In this document: in pieces, positions 10,819 to 20,596 of the stretch
Numbering within the stretch: the first letter of the stretch is position 1
How the letters are laid out: the number at the start of each line of letters is the position of its first letter
Source of the DNA: an uncultured archaeon
GTDB lineage: Archaea > Asgardarchaeota > Lokiarchaeia > Sigyniarchaeales > SOKP01
Reading direction: 5' to 3'
Assembly (NCBI GenBank): GCA_964632315.1
Contig: CAZWEM010000008.1
Span: forward strand, 1-64,000
DNA: 64,000 bases
Notes under the pieces: generated by a model
What the model saw: only the letters and a program-made list of their open reading frames with translations
Told to the model about the DNA's origin: nothing
The model's database searches: none
Program-made: the position numbers and the translations under genes

Positions 10819-11022
10819 ATGCCAGTAGTTCATGTAAACATGTGGAAAGGAATTACCCAAGAACACGTTAATCAAATTATTTCTGGAATTACAAACGTGT
10901 TTGTTGAAATGGGTATTCCTGTTCAAGCAGTGGAAGTACTTGTCCATGAGGTCCCAAAAGCTCATTGGGGCATAGGAGGAAAACCAGCTACAGAAGCTCT
11001 TCCAGACGAAAAAGGAATATAG
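10819..11022 (+). CDS. 4-oxalocrotonate tautomerase family protein
   Basis: Catalytic Pro1 (MPVVHV); HWGIGG. Confidence 0.9.
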   Translation: MPVVHVNMWKGITQEHVNQIISGITNVFVEMGIPVQAVEVLVHEVPKAHWGIGGKPATEALPDEKGI

Positions 11023-11041
11023 GATCGAAAGAAAATTAGTA

Positions 11042-11917
11042 TTAATCTTTTTTCCCAAGAAGAAATCTGAAATATTTCCCCCATCTCGTGGGGTAAGGGA
11101 ATACAGCGGGCACCTTCCTCCTATATTCAATAAAGGAAGCTCCAAATCGTTCTATCAGTTCTCTTTCTTCCACCAAAAAGATATGAATTAAAAAACCAAG
11201 GTAATATATTATGAAGAAAAATGCTGAATAGAGGTTAAAGTGTAAAATAAACCCACCAGCACATAAGAGTATTAATCCAGAGTACATAGGATGACGTATT
11301 ACCGAATAAATTTCACTCTCTTGAAGAGAACTTTCTTCAGGAAAATATAAATAAACCACTGTCATGTAATCAAATCCGAAAGTTAAAAGCGATCTAAACA
11401 TCATGAGTATTGCTACAATGCTAATCACCACACCAAATGATAATCTTATAATATCTAAGATGAACGAAATCGGTGGAAAGTACGATGTAAAGGTGGTAGT
11501 TAATAATGAATATACTCCATTCGACCAAAATTGAGGGTTTAGTGTATAAAATGGAATGAAACTGTGAAAGGAAAGGACAATCAAGATGAGTATCCCAGCA
11601 AACCCTGCGAGAAATACTTTCTGATATGCTAATTGCCCGTATTTAACTTTTAAGCGTTTTCGCCAAAACCACATCTGATAAACTAAAATAAGTCCTATAA
11701 TCTCGAAAATTCCTACTCCAATGACGGGAAACCATGGTCTAAAGACCCCTAAATGTTCTCCTATAAGCAAAGGACCAAGATCTAAAATTATTAAAATCGC
11801 AAAGCTACTTAAAATGATGAATATAACATAAAAACCAAAAAAAATAATCTTCTTTCCAGAAAATTTTGGAATTTTTTCTCTGAATTTCTCGATTCCCTTT
11901 AACCTAATTGTAAGCAC
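11042..11917 (-). CDS. isoprenylcysteine carboxyl methyltransferase/PEMT family membrane protein
   Basis: Multiple TM; IYSVIRHPMY...EERELIERFGASFIEYRRKVP. Confidence 0.85.
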   Translation of the reverse strand: MLTIRLKGIEKFREKIPKFSGKKIIFFGFYVIFIILSSFAILIILDLGPLLIGEHLGVFRPWFPVIGVGIFEIIGLILVYQMWFWRKRLKVKYGQLAYQKVFLAGFAGILILIVLSFHSFIPFYTLNPQFWSNGVYSLLTTTFTSYFPPISFILDIIRLSFGVVISIVAILMMFRSLLTFGFDYMTVVYLYFPEESSLQESEIYSVIRHPMYSGLILLCAGGFILHFNLYSAFFFIIYYLGFLIHIFLVEERELIERFGASFIEYRRKVPAVFPYPTRWGKYFRFLLGKKD

Positions 11918-12008
11918 GTCTTTTTATCGAAATTGAGTATTTTGACTAAATGCTACAAGTTTATTAAACTTACTTTGCTTTTCTCTATCCTTTGTGAGAT
12001 AAAATAAA

Positions 12009-12941
12009 TTATTGTCCGGAAACGGTATCAACATTTCGAAAAATGAGCCTTAATTTGGTAAGAACATCTTCTGGAAGTGGAGGTCTTGAAAAAGATTTAA
12101 TATTGGCCTTTAGATGTTGTATATTGCTTGTTCCTGAAAGAATGACATCAGCTCCAGTTTCAAAACGGCAAAAACGATAAGCAGCATCGACAAGATCCTC
12201 TGCTCCACCTTCATCAATGAGAAATTGAAGTGGATTCTCAGCGTTAATATCTGAAGAATTTATTTCTCCTTTTTCAATTAGTTCCTTGATTATTTCTTTC
12301 AATCTTTTCAATCGACTAAACGCCAATCTCACTGGAAACATGATCAAAGTTCCTATATTTTTCTGAATTGTTTTAGGAAATACTGATTCACGGGCAGTCT
12401 GGTTTAAAATGTTAAAACCAACCATCATTACATCCCAAATATCCTCCTTTAGGGCTTTTTCAAGCATTTCATGCCGAGAATCAATATCAAATCGTTCAGT
12501 AATACCAATAAAATGAATTTTTCCCTCTTTTTGCAATTTTCTGAAAGTTGGAAGAGCATTGGAAACGATTCTATCATAATCTTCCGGAAGGACGGCATGA
12601 AGATGATATATGTCGATATAGTCTGTGCCAAGGTTCTGTAGGCTTTTATTAAAACTCTTCTCTATTGCTTCAGGAGTAAATTTCCCCCACGCCGATTTTT
12701 TAGTTGATATAATTATGGATTCTCTATCATACCCTTTAATCGCTTCCCCAACGATCTTTTCGGTACGATAGAATTCTGCTGTATCAATGATATTTATACC
12801 ATTATCGAGAGCGTGACGGACAAGAGCTACAGATTCTTCAGTTGTTTTACCCGTACCTTTTCCAATTCTACTTGGACCACCAGCACCTAACCCCATCACA
12901 CTTGCTTTTAATCCCGTTCGTCCTAATGTCACATAATCCAT
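12009..12941 (-). CDS. aldo/keto reductase
   Basis: LGRTGL; IDTAEFY; SLQNLGTDYIDIYHLH. Confidence 0.92.
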   Translation of the reverse strand: MDYVTLGRTGLKASVMGLGAGGPSRIGKGTGKTTEESVALVRHALDNGINIIDTAEFYRTEKIVGEAIKGYDRESIIISTKKSAWGKFTPEAIEKSFNKSLQNLGTDYIDIYHLHAVLPEDYDRIVSNALPTFRKLQKEGKIHFIGITERFDIDSRHEMLEKALKEDIWDVMMVGFNILNQTARESVFPKTIQKNIGTLIMFPVRLAFSRLKRLKEIIKELIEKGEINSSDINAENPLQFLIDEGGAEDLVDAAYRFCRFETGADVILSGTSNIQHLKANIKSFSRPPLPEDVLTKLRLIFRNVDTVSGQ

Positions 12942-13217
12942 AAAGATTTTTTATTTGCTAAGTATTTATTGTTTTTCGTTATAAATTTTTAAGTAAAAAC
13001 AGCAAAATAAAAGATTTAGAACTGATTGACTCGCTTGAATCTCTAATATTACAAACTTAATAAAGAAAAAGTGTCCATCAGAGTAATAATTAGAAAAATT
13101 AAATGTTTGTTATATTAATAAAGAATAAATTTTTAGGGTTTATCTTTGTTGAAGATAATAGGTATTAAAGCAACTAATAATGGGTTATGAATTTATTATT
13201 GGAAATTTTTATCTAAA

Positions 13218-14417
13218 ATGACCGAATTTGAGGATTTTTTCGCATATAATGTGGAAGAAACAGGGAAATATAAAAAGTTAGACATTTCAATAAATGATTT
13301 AGAACATAAACTTAATCCAGAACAAGTTATACTACTTGTTCGAGAAGACTTGCGAAGGATTTTTATTTGGAAAGGAGCTAAATCCCCCGTTAAAAAGAGG
13401 TTTATAAGTTCTAAGGTAGCGAGAGAGCTTCAATCAGATTTAATGGGGAAACATCATTTTCATCATTGTAAGATCGTTTCTATTGATCAAGGAGATGAAA
13501 TGCAAGAATTTCTTGACGCATTTAATCTGGAATCGATGGAAGTCAAAGATAGATTACCTGATATGAGATACGTTCGAAATAGTGAAAAACTAAAAACTAA
13601 AGTTGATCAGATATTTCCTGAGGAAAAAGAATTTAGAATTAATGAACACATTACGTTAAAATTAATTAAGGGGAAAACAGTTATCTTTGTTGATGAAAAA
13701 CCCTTCAATCAATGTAAATATCTCCTTTTGAACCTTACGCATAAAGATTTTACTATGTTTGATGAAATTGAATCTATCGATGAAGCATTTGAGATTTACA
13801 ATAAAATTGATAAAATGCATGAAAGAGCAGGGGATCTAATTGATCCAGAATCAGAATTCATTGGGCATTGTTCAAATTTACAAGCTTGGTATGAACATGG
13901 ATATGATCTTAGAATTTTACATAGTAGCTTGTCTATTCCCTTGTTAAAAAAGTTGGCTTTTTTAGGAGATAAACAAGCAATTATTCGTTTGAAAGAAAGC
14001 ATTGCAACTAGGATTACGTCAAAAAATTTTAATACACTAATTTTTTATCTAAATGAAAAATATTTTAATCTATTTTCAAACGAGGAACTTGAAGTTATAT
14101 TTGAAGAATGGCTTAATAAAGACGTGAAATTTACTTTCATGGAAAAACGAAGATTATGGTATCCCCTTCTCAAGGAAATGATTAAACGAGGAATTTCAAA
14201 AGCAAAAGAAATCCTCAAGAATGAAATGATTTATTATTTGAAAAGACATGATAGTGATGCTTATCGATACTTGATACGAAAAAAATTCTTCCACCTTCTT
14301 AGTTTGGAAGACCTTGAAGAGATTTATGATTTTTTTCCTCAAAATGATCGGTTTAGTTTACGACACATTGAAACCCTCATACTCAAAGCTACATTAAGAA
14401 AGAGAATTCAAAAGTAA
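13218..14417 (+). CDS. gelsolin/villin-like domain fused to an unnamed ~140-aa module
   Basis: VILLV...RIFIWKGAKS...VSIDQGDEMQEFLDAF (gelsolin-like). C-terminal half is homologous to the N-terminus of 29634-31169. Confidence 0.7.
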   Translation: MTEFEDFFAYNVEETGKYKKLDISINDLEHKLNPEQVILLVREDLRRIFIWKGAKSPVKKRFISSKVARELQSDLMGKHHFHHCKIVSIDQGDEMQEFLDAFNLESMEVKDRLPDMRYVRNSEKLKTKVDQIFPEEKEFRINEHITLKLIKGKTVIFVDEKPFNQCKYLLLNLTHKDFTMFDEIESIDEAFEIYNKIDKMHERAGDLIDPESEFIGHCSNLQAWYEHGYDLRILHSSLSIPLLKKLAFLGDKQAIIRLKESIATRITSKNFNTLIFYLNEKYFNLFSNEELEVIFEEWLNKDVKFTFMEKRRLWYPLLKEMIKRGISKAKEILKNEMIYYLKRHDSDAYRYLIRKKFFHLLSLEDLEEIYDFFPQNDRFSLRHIETLILKATLRKRIQK

Positions 14418-14517
14418 TAAAATTGAGTATAGGCGAAAAATTTAAATTTTTTTAAACGGAAAAATAGCTATTATCTTATATTTTAAAATAAAGACAAAAA
14501 TAGTTGATTAAAACAAT

Positions 14518-15315
14518 ATGAAAAAAAGAGTAGTTGGTTTGATGTATATAACCTCTGTTATTTGCATTCTATCTATTTTTAATAATGGAGTCCAAGCCAC
14601 ACCGTTAGATCCGACTCCTGGTCAACCATTTGAATCAGCACAATGGGGTATCAACATTGGTTATATTGGGACATGGGAATTTTCTCGAGATAATGGCACA
14701 GGTTTAAAGGTTGTCCAGGAATATTCATTTAACATTACAGGTTTCGAACTTTTTTCTTGGAATTCAACGGATTGGTATGTTTTAGATGCGAAAGTAGGCC
14801 ATTTTTACGTTCAAAACAGCACTTTTGATCCTTTCTCTAGTGCAAGGCTTTCTTTTATTAACTTTACAGACCAATATATCTACAATCCTTTAACTGTTAT
14901 AACTTTCCTTCCACTTAATAATTCTGGATTAATGCTTGAATGGTGTGCATCCGCTTTATTATATCCATCCCCTTATAATTTCATACTTCAATACTTGAAT
15001 GGTTCCGATCACATAGTTATAACAACTCATAAATCTACGAATAATAACATGATCCAGTATGTGAAATCTACTAACGGAGACTATATAAAGTTATTTTTTG
15101 ATGATAAGGGCGTGTTGTTTTCCATGGAATCATTTTATTATAGTAATAGCTTAGAGATTCATGTAACTGATTATGTAAAGAGAAGTTTTCCCGCTATTCC
15201 AGGATCTACTTTACCACCATCGATTCCTTTAGGAAATTTCTTCATCTTAATTACACTATTATCTGTATGCGGTTTAACTTTCTATGTCCATCAAAGAAAA
15301 CAAATAACATCCTAA
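14518..15315 (+). CDS. secreted/surface protein with C-terminal membrane anchor (Loki-CTERM-like)
   Basis: Signal peptide; several N-x-S/T sequons; SIPLG + TM + basic tail. Confidence 0.7.
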   Translation: MKKRVVGLMYITSVICILSIFNNGVQATPLDPTPGQPFESAQWGINIGYIGTWEFSRDNGTGLKVVQEYSFNITGFELFSWNSTDWYVLDAKVGHFYVQNSTFDPFSSARLSFINFTDQYIYNPLTVITFLPLNNSGLMLEWCASALLYPSPYNFILQYLNGSDHIVITTHKSTNNNMIQYVKSTNGDYIKLFFDDKGVLFSMESFYYSNSLEIHVTDYVKRSFPAIPGSTLPPSIPLGNFFILITLLSVCGLTFYVHQRKQITS

Positions 15316-15499
15316 TTTCTTTTCTTTAATTTTTTTTAATTAAATTAGTGGGTCATTTTTAAATATATAAATAACATACTTTCATTGGTTTTTTTTACAT
15401 TATATACTCGATATTCATACGAAATCTTACCTTTTTAATTATATTATTATTAATAATCGCAAAAATTAAAAGCAAGATTTAAAGAATTATTTCTATATC

Positions 15500-16093
15500 A
15501 TGAAAAATGAAACAGATCCAGATAGTAAGTCAAGATTACCTCCTGGTCAGCATTTAACTACGCGTTTTCCCGTCCTTCAAAGCGGAAGAGTTGTCCATGT
15601 AGATAGGGAAAGATATAAATTAAAAATTGATGGAGAAGTCGAGCAATCAACGAATTTGACATTAAAAGAACTGGAAAACTTGAAAGATATTGAGATAGAG
15701 GAAGACATTCACTGCGTTACCACTTGGAGTAAATTTGATACAGAATGGGGAGGGATATCTTTCAAGAAGCTTTTCAACTTGGTAAAGCCTAAAGAATCTG
15801 CATTATTTGTCGAATTTTTATGCGCTGATCATGGATTTACGACTACCGTACCCATCGATCGATTAAAGAGTGAGAATGCAATTTTAGCGTTAACCTATGA
15901 AGGAGGACCAATTAATGACAAACATGGAGGTCCCGTGAGAGCTGTTATTCCAGATTTATATTTTTATAAGAGTGCAAAATGGGTAGTTGGGATTAACTTC
16001 CTCAAGGAGGATAGATTAGGATATTGGGAAAGAGGAGGGTATTCAAATAAGGCCGATCCTTGGAAACAACAACGTTATAGTTATCAGGATTGA
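15500..16093 (+). CDS. sulfite oxidase-like molybdopterin-binding oxidoreductase
   Basis: RLPPGQ; DIHCVTTWS; HGGPVR; YKSAKW; GYWERGGY. Confidence 0.92.
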   Translation: MKNETDPDSKSRLPPGQHLTTRFPVLQSGRVVHVDRERYKLKIDGEVEQSTNLTLKELENLKDIEIEEDIHCVTTWSKFDTEWGGISFKKLFNLVKPKESALFVEFLCADHGFTTTVPIDRLKSENAILALTYEGGPINDKHGGPVRAVIPDLYFYKSAKWVVGINFLKEDRLGYWERGGYSNKADPWKQQRYSYQD

Positions 16094-17154
16094 ACGTTAG
16101 TGGATCCTAGGTTTCCTCGCTTTTCTTTCAAATTTTTATTAATAAGATGAATAAAGGATCCCATTCCAACCATACTAATGGTAATAATAAAGGTAAGTAA
16201 TAATGGCCAATATCGATTAAAAGTAGTGGAATTTGGGATTATAGGAAAGCTGTATGCGTGAGCTCCTTTCTGTAATTCTACATTGAGGTCAAATTTTATC
16301 TCATTATCGAAATCTCGTTGAATATAGAGATGAATTGCTTGAGACTTTAATTCAAAAATGTTAGAATAGACAGATCCAAAGTAATCTCCCTTTTGTGGAA
16401 CATTCACTGCTTTAAGAATAAAAGTTAAATATCTACGATCAATTTCTCTTTCACCAGAGATTTCTTCCAGCTGATTTGAAACAAATTCATATCTTTTACA
16501 AGGATACCAACCTTGAGAGTGATTTACAAGGTTAAAATTCGTAGAAACAAGATAATCTCCCGTTTTTCGCGTGAATGCAAGACTTTGATATGGATCTGGA
16601 CCTATAATGACTGCGTCACCCGTTTTATCTGCCCAATGAATTTGATAATCCCACCACCCTCCCATATTACGAGCTTGATACCATTCAATTACTTCCGAAA
16701 CCGAGCTACATTCATTTAAAATCATTTGCCAAAAAGAATTATAACTAGCTATTAATCCCAGTGACGGTGAATAGCTTACCAAAGAGGAAGGTAATATCTC
16801 ATTTGCATCAAAGCAAAGTCCTTGACTATTGATCCCTCCAATAGCAATTCCAACAAACTCATCATTTGAGTCATCTTCTAGTAAAGATAAATAAGCACAA
16901 CCATATGTATCCTCGTACATTGCAGGAGAAAACCATATTTTCACATATCTCTGATCTTTATTTCCATCTTCGCTGTTTCCAAAAAACACATCATGTTCAC
17001 TTGAAATCGTAAAGATCGTAGTATTGGTAGGATTTATTTGATCATCAACTTCAATAATAATAATAAAATTAGCTATTAGAATTACTATCGAACTAATTAC
17101 TATTAAAATAGGAATATGAATTCTATGATTCCATTTAAATTTCGTTTTCTGCAT
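16084..17154 (-). CDS. membrane-anchored Ntn-hydrolase (C45/choloylglycine hydrolase-like)
   Basis: TTIFT...FFGNSED; GGINSQGL; ADKTGDA; STNF; CKRY. N- and C-terminal TM. Confidence 0.75.
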   Translation of the reverse strand: MQKTKFKWNHRIHIPILIVISSIVILIANFIIIIEVDDQINPTNTTIFTISSEHDVFFGNSEDGNKDQRYVKIWFSPAMYEDTYGCAYLSLLEDDSNDEFVGIAIGGINSQGLCFDANEILPSSLVSYSPSLGLIASYNSFWQMILNECSSVSEVIEWYQARNMGGWWDYQIHWADKTGDAVIIGPDPYQSLAFTRKTGDYLVSTNFNLVNHSQGWYPCKRYEFVSNQLEEISGEREIDRRYLTFILKAVNVPQKGDYFGSVYSNIFELKSQAIHLYIQRDFDNEIKFDLNVELQKGAHAYSFPIIPNSTTFNRYWPLLLTFIITISMVGMGSFIHLINKNLKEKRGNLGSTNVQS

Positions 17155-17274
17155 ATAATACCAAAATTATCACGTATCCAAATAAAATTTATTATGCTAC
17201 ATGTTTCATTTACTTATTAATCAAGTGAGCACAACTAATAATCGGTGATTAATTCATATAAAAGAAGATTTATT

Positions 17275-17862
17275 ATGCCAAAGAGCAAGCAGAACCTAAT
17301 TGTACGAGTTGGAGAAAAAAAAATTTATGTTTCTGAAGAAACATTATACTTAGGCAGTATGGGAATTGAAAATCTCTTAGAAATTAAATACTTGGAAGAT
17401 CTTACCGAACTTAAAGAGCTGAATTTATATAACAATCATATTTCGGTTATTGAGAATCTTGACTCGCTAATCGGATTGGAAAAATTAAATCTTTATGGAA
17501 ATGAAATCTCTGAAATCAAGGGATTAGATAAGTTGCGAAACTTGAAGGTTTTATATCTATCAGAAAATAAGATTACAAAAATTGGGGGCCTTCGCAAATT
17601 ATTCAACTTAGAAAACCTTTCCTTGGAAGATAACCAGATTCGTAAAATCGAGGGTTTCGAAAAACTTGCTAACTTGATACACCTTAATCTTTATGGGAAT
17701 GAAATCACCATTATTGAAGGACTTTCTCCTCTGAAAAAATTACAGACCTTTAGAATTGGGAATAATCCGATACAAAGTGACATTCTAAATGAATGCGGAG
17801 GAATTGATGCTAAGGGATACGCAAGATTTCCTCAGAAATTTGTTGATTTTCGCTTTAAATAG
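17275..17862 (+). CDS. leucine-rich repeat protein (SDS22-like)
   Basis: Repeated 22-aa LxxLxLxxNxIxxIxGL units. Confidence 0.9.
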   Translation: MPKSKQNLIVRVGEKKIYVSEETLYLGSMGIENLLEIKYLEDLTELKELNLYNNHISVIENLDSLIGLEKLNLYGNEISEIKGLDKLRNLKVLYLSENKITKIGGLRKLFNLENLSLEDNQIRKIEGFEKLANLIHLNLYGNEITIIEGLSPLKKLQTFRIGNNPIQSDILNECGGIDAKGYARFPQKFVDFRFK

Positions 17863-17970
17863 CATAACTTTAAAATTTATATAACGGGAATTCTGAGACT
17901 GATTTCAATGAAAACTTTTATTAAATCGAATATTTTTTAACTTAAATAATAATTCAAAAGGAAGTATGAT

Positions 17971-18363
17971 ATGGAAGAAGAGCGCTATAAAAGAGGATGG
18001 GAAAAACTCAAACAAATAGATGGCGAAGCGGGAGAAAAAGTTATCGATAGTTTAAAAGATATCGCTCCTGATTTAGGAAAGTATACAATAGAATTTCCGT
18101 TTGGAGACGTTTATTCTAGACCAGGCTTAGATCTAAAATCGCGCGAGATTGCGACAGTTGCTGCTCTAACTGCTTTAGGTCATGCGTTACCACAATTAAA
18201 GGTCCATATTAATGGAGCCCTCAATGTGGGATGTACACGTGAAGAAATAATAGAAATCATAATTCAAATGGCGGTCTATGCGGGATTTCCAGCAGCTCTA
18301 AATGCAATGTCCATTGCAAAAGAGGTTTTTGAAGCTCGTGACAGAAACAGACTGAAGGAATAA
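17971..18363 (+). CDS. carboxymuconolactone decarboxylase family protein (copy 1)
   Basis: FGDVYSRPGLDLKSRE...HINGALNVG...YAGFPAA. Confidence 0.92.
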   Translation: MEEERYKRGWEKLKQIDGEAGEKVIDSLKDIAPDLGKYTIEFPFGDVYSRPGLDLKSREIATVAALTALGHALPQLKVHINGALNVGCTREEIIEIIIQMAVYAGFPAALNAMSIAKEVFEARDRNRLKE

Positions 18364-18383
18364 AATTAAACGTGGAATTTGTT

Positions 18384-18872
18384 TTATTGTTTCTGTTTTA
18401 ACTGTTCTAATGCTTTTTCTACAGTCTCTATGACCCTCTCCCTTTTCTCGTCCTGCAACAAGTGTTCAAGTGGTCCTATTGCCTTTATATCTCCTATCTT
18501 CCCCAAAGCTTCTGCTGCTCTCCACCTTACCCACGAATCTTTATCTTTCAGCGCTTGGATGAGCGGTTCTATTGCCCGTATACTTCCTAATATCCCTAAT
18601 ACTGTTGCTGCTCCTTTTTTTACCCTATAATCTTCATCTTTCAGTGCTTGGATGAGTGAATCTTCAGCATGTTCTCCTGTCCTACTTAATGCCTTTACTG
18701 CTGCCCATCCTACATCCAAATCATAATCCCCCAACGCTTCAATCAATGCTTTTACTGCACGTGAGTCATTTAATCCCCCCATAGTTCCAGCTGCCGATAT
18801 TCTTTTCCATTTATTATCATCTTCAAGTAGTTGTTCCACTAATTCTTCTAGTTTTTTTCCATTTAGATTCAT
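18384..18872 (-). CDS. HEAT-repeat (PBS lyase-like) protein
   Basis: Repeats of LIQALKDxDxxVRxxAAxALGxIG. Confidence 0.9.
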   Translation of the reverse strand: MNLNGKKLEELVEQLLEDDNKWKRISAAGTMGGLNDSRAVKALIEALGDYDLDVGWAAVKALSRTGEHAEDSLIQALKDEDYRVKKGAATVLGILGSIRAIEPLIQALKDKDSWVRWRAAEALGKIGDIKAIGPLEHLLQDEKRERVIETVEKALEQLKQKQ

Positions 18873-19312
18873 TTGTAATATTATGAAGCTTATTTTTTTT
18901 CATTTTGTTAAATATAGTTAAGACTAAATTTTTCTCCGAAACAATTGAAAAATTCGAGGAATATAACTCAAAAGAAAAAATCGATTGGAATTTAGAACAA
19001 TAGAATATCAACTTATTAAATGTTATAGGAAAGAACTTTTCAAACCCGCAATATAAAGAAAAAAGGGAAGAAAAAGAATCAGAGGGGAAAAAAATGGAGG
19101 AAGGTAAACAAGGGTAAGAAAAAAGATAAGGAAAAGATTTCAAATTATTCTTCAATAGGTATCCATACTAGAAGAACTAATCTACCTATAGTAAATGATT
19201 TACGATTTTTTTCTTGAATTGAATTTATATAAAGGAAAGAATACCTCATCTATAATATTTACAATCTATTAGCATAATCGTTATAAATACAATAAAACTA
19301 TTCTATCCAATC

Positions 19313-19741
19313 ATGAAACTGTCTAGTAATGACTTTAAGCATAATGAAATGATGGATAAAAAGTTCTCATTTCGAAAGGGAAATATATCTCCTCATCTAA
19401 AATGGACGGAGATCCCAGAGAATACAAAGAGTTTTGCCATATCTTGCAATGACCCGGATGCTCCCGCCCATAACTGGATTCATTGGATGGCATTTAATAT
19501 TCCTGCGACTACCACAGAAATACCGCAAGGGGGATCCATTCCCGGAATTGAACTTGAAAATGATAGCGGGCAAGTAGGATATAGCGGACCAGAGCCTCCC
19601 TCAGGAACTCACAGGTATTTTTTTAGAGTATATGCATTAAACGTAGAACGTTTAGAAGGAATAACCAAAAAGAATTTCATGCAAAAGATTAAGGAGCATG
19701 CTATTGAAACTGCTGAACTAATGGGTCGTTATAAAGCTTAA
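19313..19741 (+). CDS. YbhB/YbcL (PEBP, Raf kinase inhibitor-like) protein
   Basis: DPDAP...WIHW; GPEPPSGTHRYFFRVYAL. Confidence 0.92.
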   Translation: MKLSSNDFKHNEMMDKKFSFRKGNISPHLKWTEIPENTKSFAISCNDPDAPAHNWIHWMAFNIPATTTEIPQGGSIPGIELENDSGQVGYSGPEPPSGTHRYFFRVYALNVERLEGITKKNFMQKIKEHAIETAELMGRYKA

Positions 19742-19837
19742 ATCTTATCTCCACTTGCGCGGACTTGAATATTATTTGGTTTCGGTTAGTATTTATTTCT
19801 ATCTTCTTAATATCAGCTTAATATCCCACTCCATAAG

Positions 19838-20242
19838 TTATTCAAGAATAAGTTCAGCATTATCCTCTTCTTCACTTCCTCCAAGGCAGTGATTTCGAAT
19901 GACTTCAACTAACCAATCGAATACTGTCGGCCCTTTTTGTTGCTTTGCTTCATCAATTTGTTTTTGAATAGAAATTACATTATCTGGATGACATTTCTCA
20001 AGTCTTTTAGTTAATTGCCTAACTGTTTCCTCATATCCGAGGAATTGCTTCGATAATTGCCAATTTTTCCAAATGAGTACATACCCTTGTTCGGGCATGA
20101 AATCTGAACGTAATATATCATTCAATGCATCCAAATTGCGACCCCACCATGAAGGAAGTGAGAGAACATCAGTGATCTCATCATAAAATTTCTCGAGCGT
20201 TTTAAAGTTATTTCCATCCATAATGAATTTAGGTTTACCCAT
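19838..20242 (-). CDS. barstar family protein
   Basis: DGNNFKTLEKFYDEI...WGRNLDALNDIL. Confidence 0.85.
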   Translation of the reverse strand: MGKPKFIMDGNNFKTLEKFYDEITDVLSLPSWWGRNLDALNDILRSDFMPEQGYVLIWKNWQLSKQFLGYEETVRQLTKRLEKCHPDNVISIQKQIDEAKQQKGPTVFDWLVEVIRNHCLGGSEEEDNAELILE

Positions 20243-20596
20243 ATCTTCTAATTGAATAATGGATGATATTTATTTTTAGTGAAAACGGGCAATCATTTAC
20301 TAATATTTTTTCTTCGGTGTGAGTAATTCTCAATGGATAAACATTATTTGATAACTTCTTTATACGATAAGACGCTGAATTTACCTTTCCCTTCAAATTT
20401 TCTCTCAATGGACAGCTATTTTTTTAAGTAAATAGATTTCTATTTAAAAGTATTTCAGAAAACTACCGATAAAACTATAAAAAAAGAACTAAAGTCATAA
20501 TTTGAGGTTATATGTTATTTATTTCCGTCCAATTTGCTACTAAACTATTTGAAAAAAACAATAAAAGAAATGCCGTTAAATTCTTGGGTACAAGTT

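Noticed and set aside
11042-11917. ICMT-family enzyme as modifier of the Cys-terminated Ubl
   Set aside because: The family is widespread in prokaryotes, the gene is 21 kb away, and the Ubl has no CaaX box.
18823-19155. 110-aa minus-strand ORF and purine-rich plus-strand stretch
   Set aside because: F/S-rich low-complexity product; the plus-strand frame is broken by several stops. At most an unidentifiable remnant.
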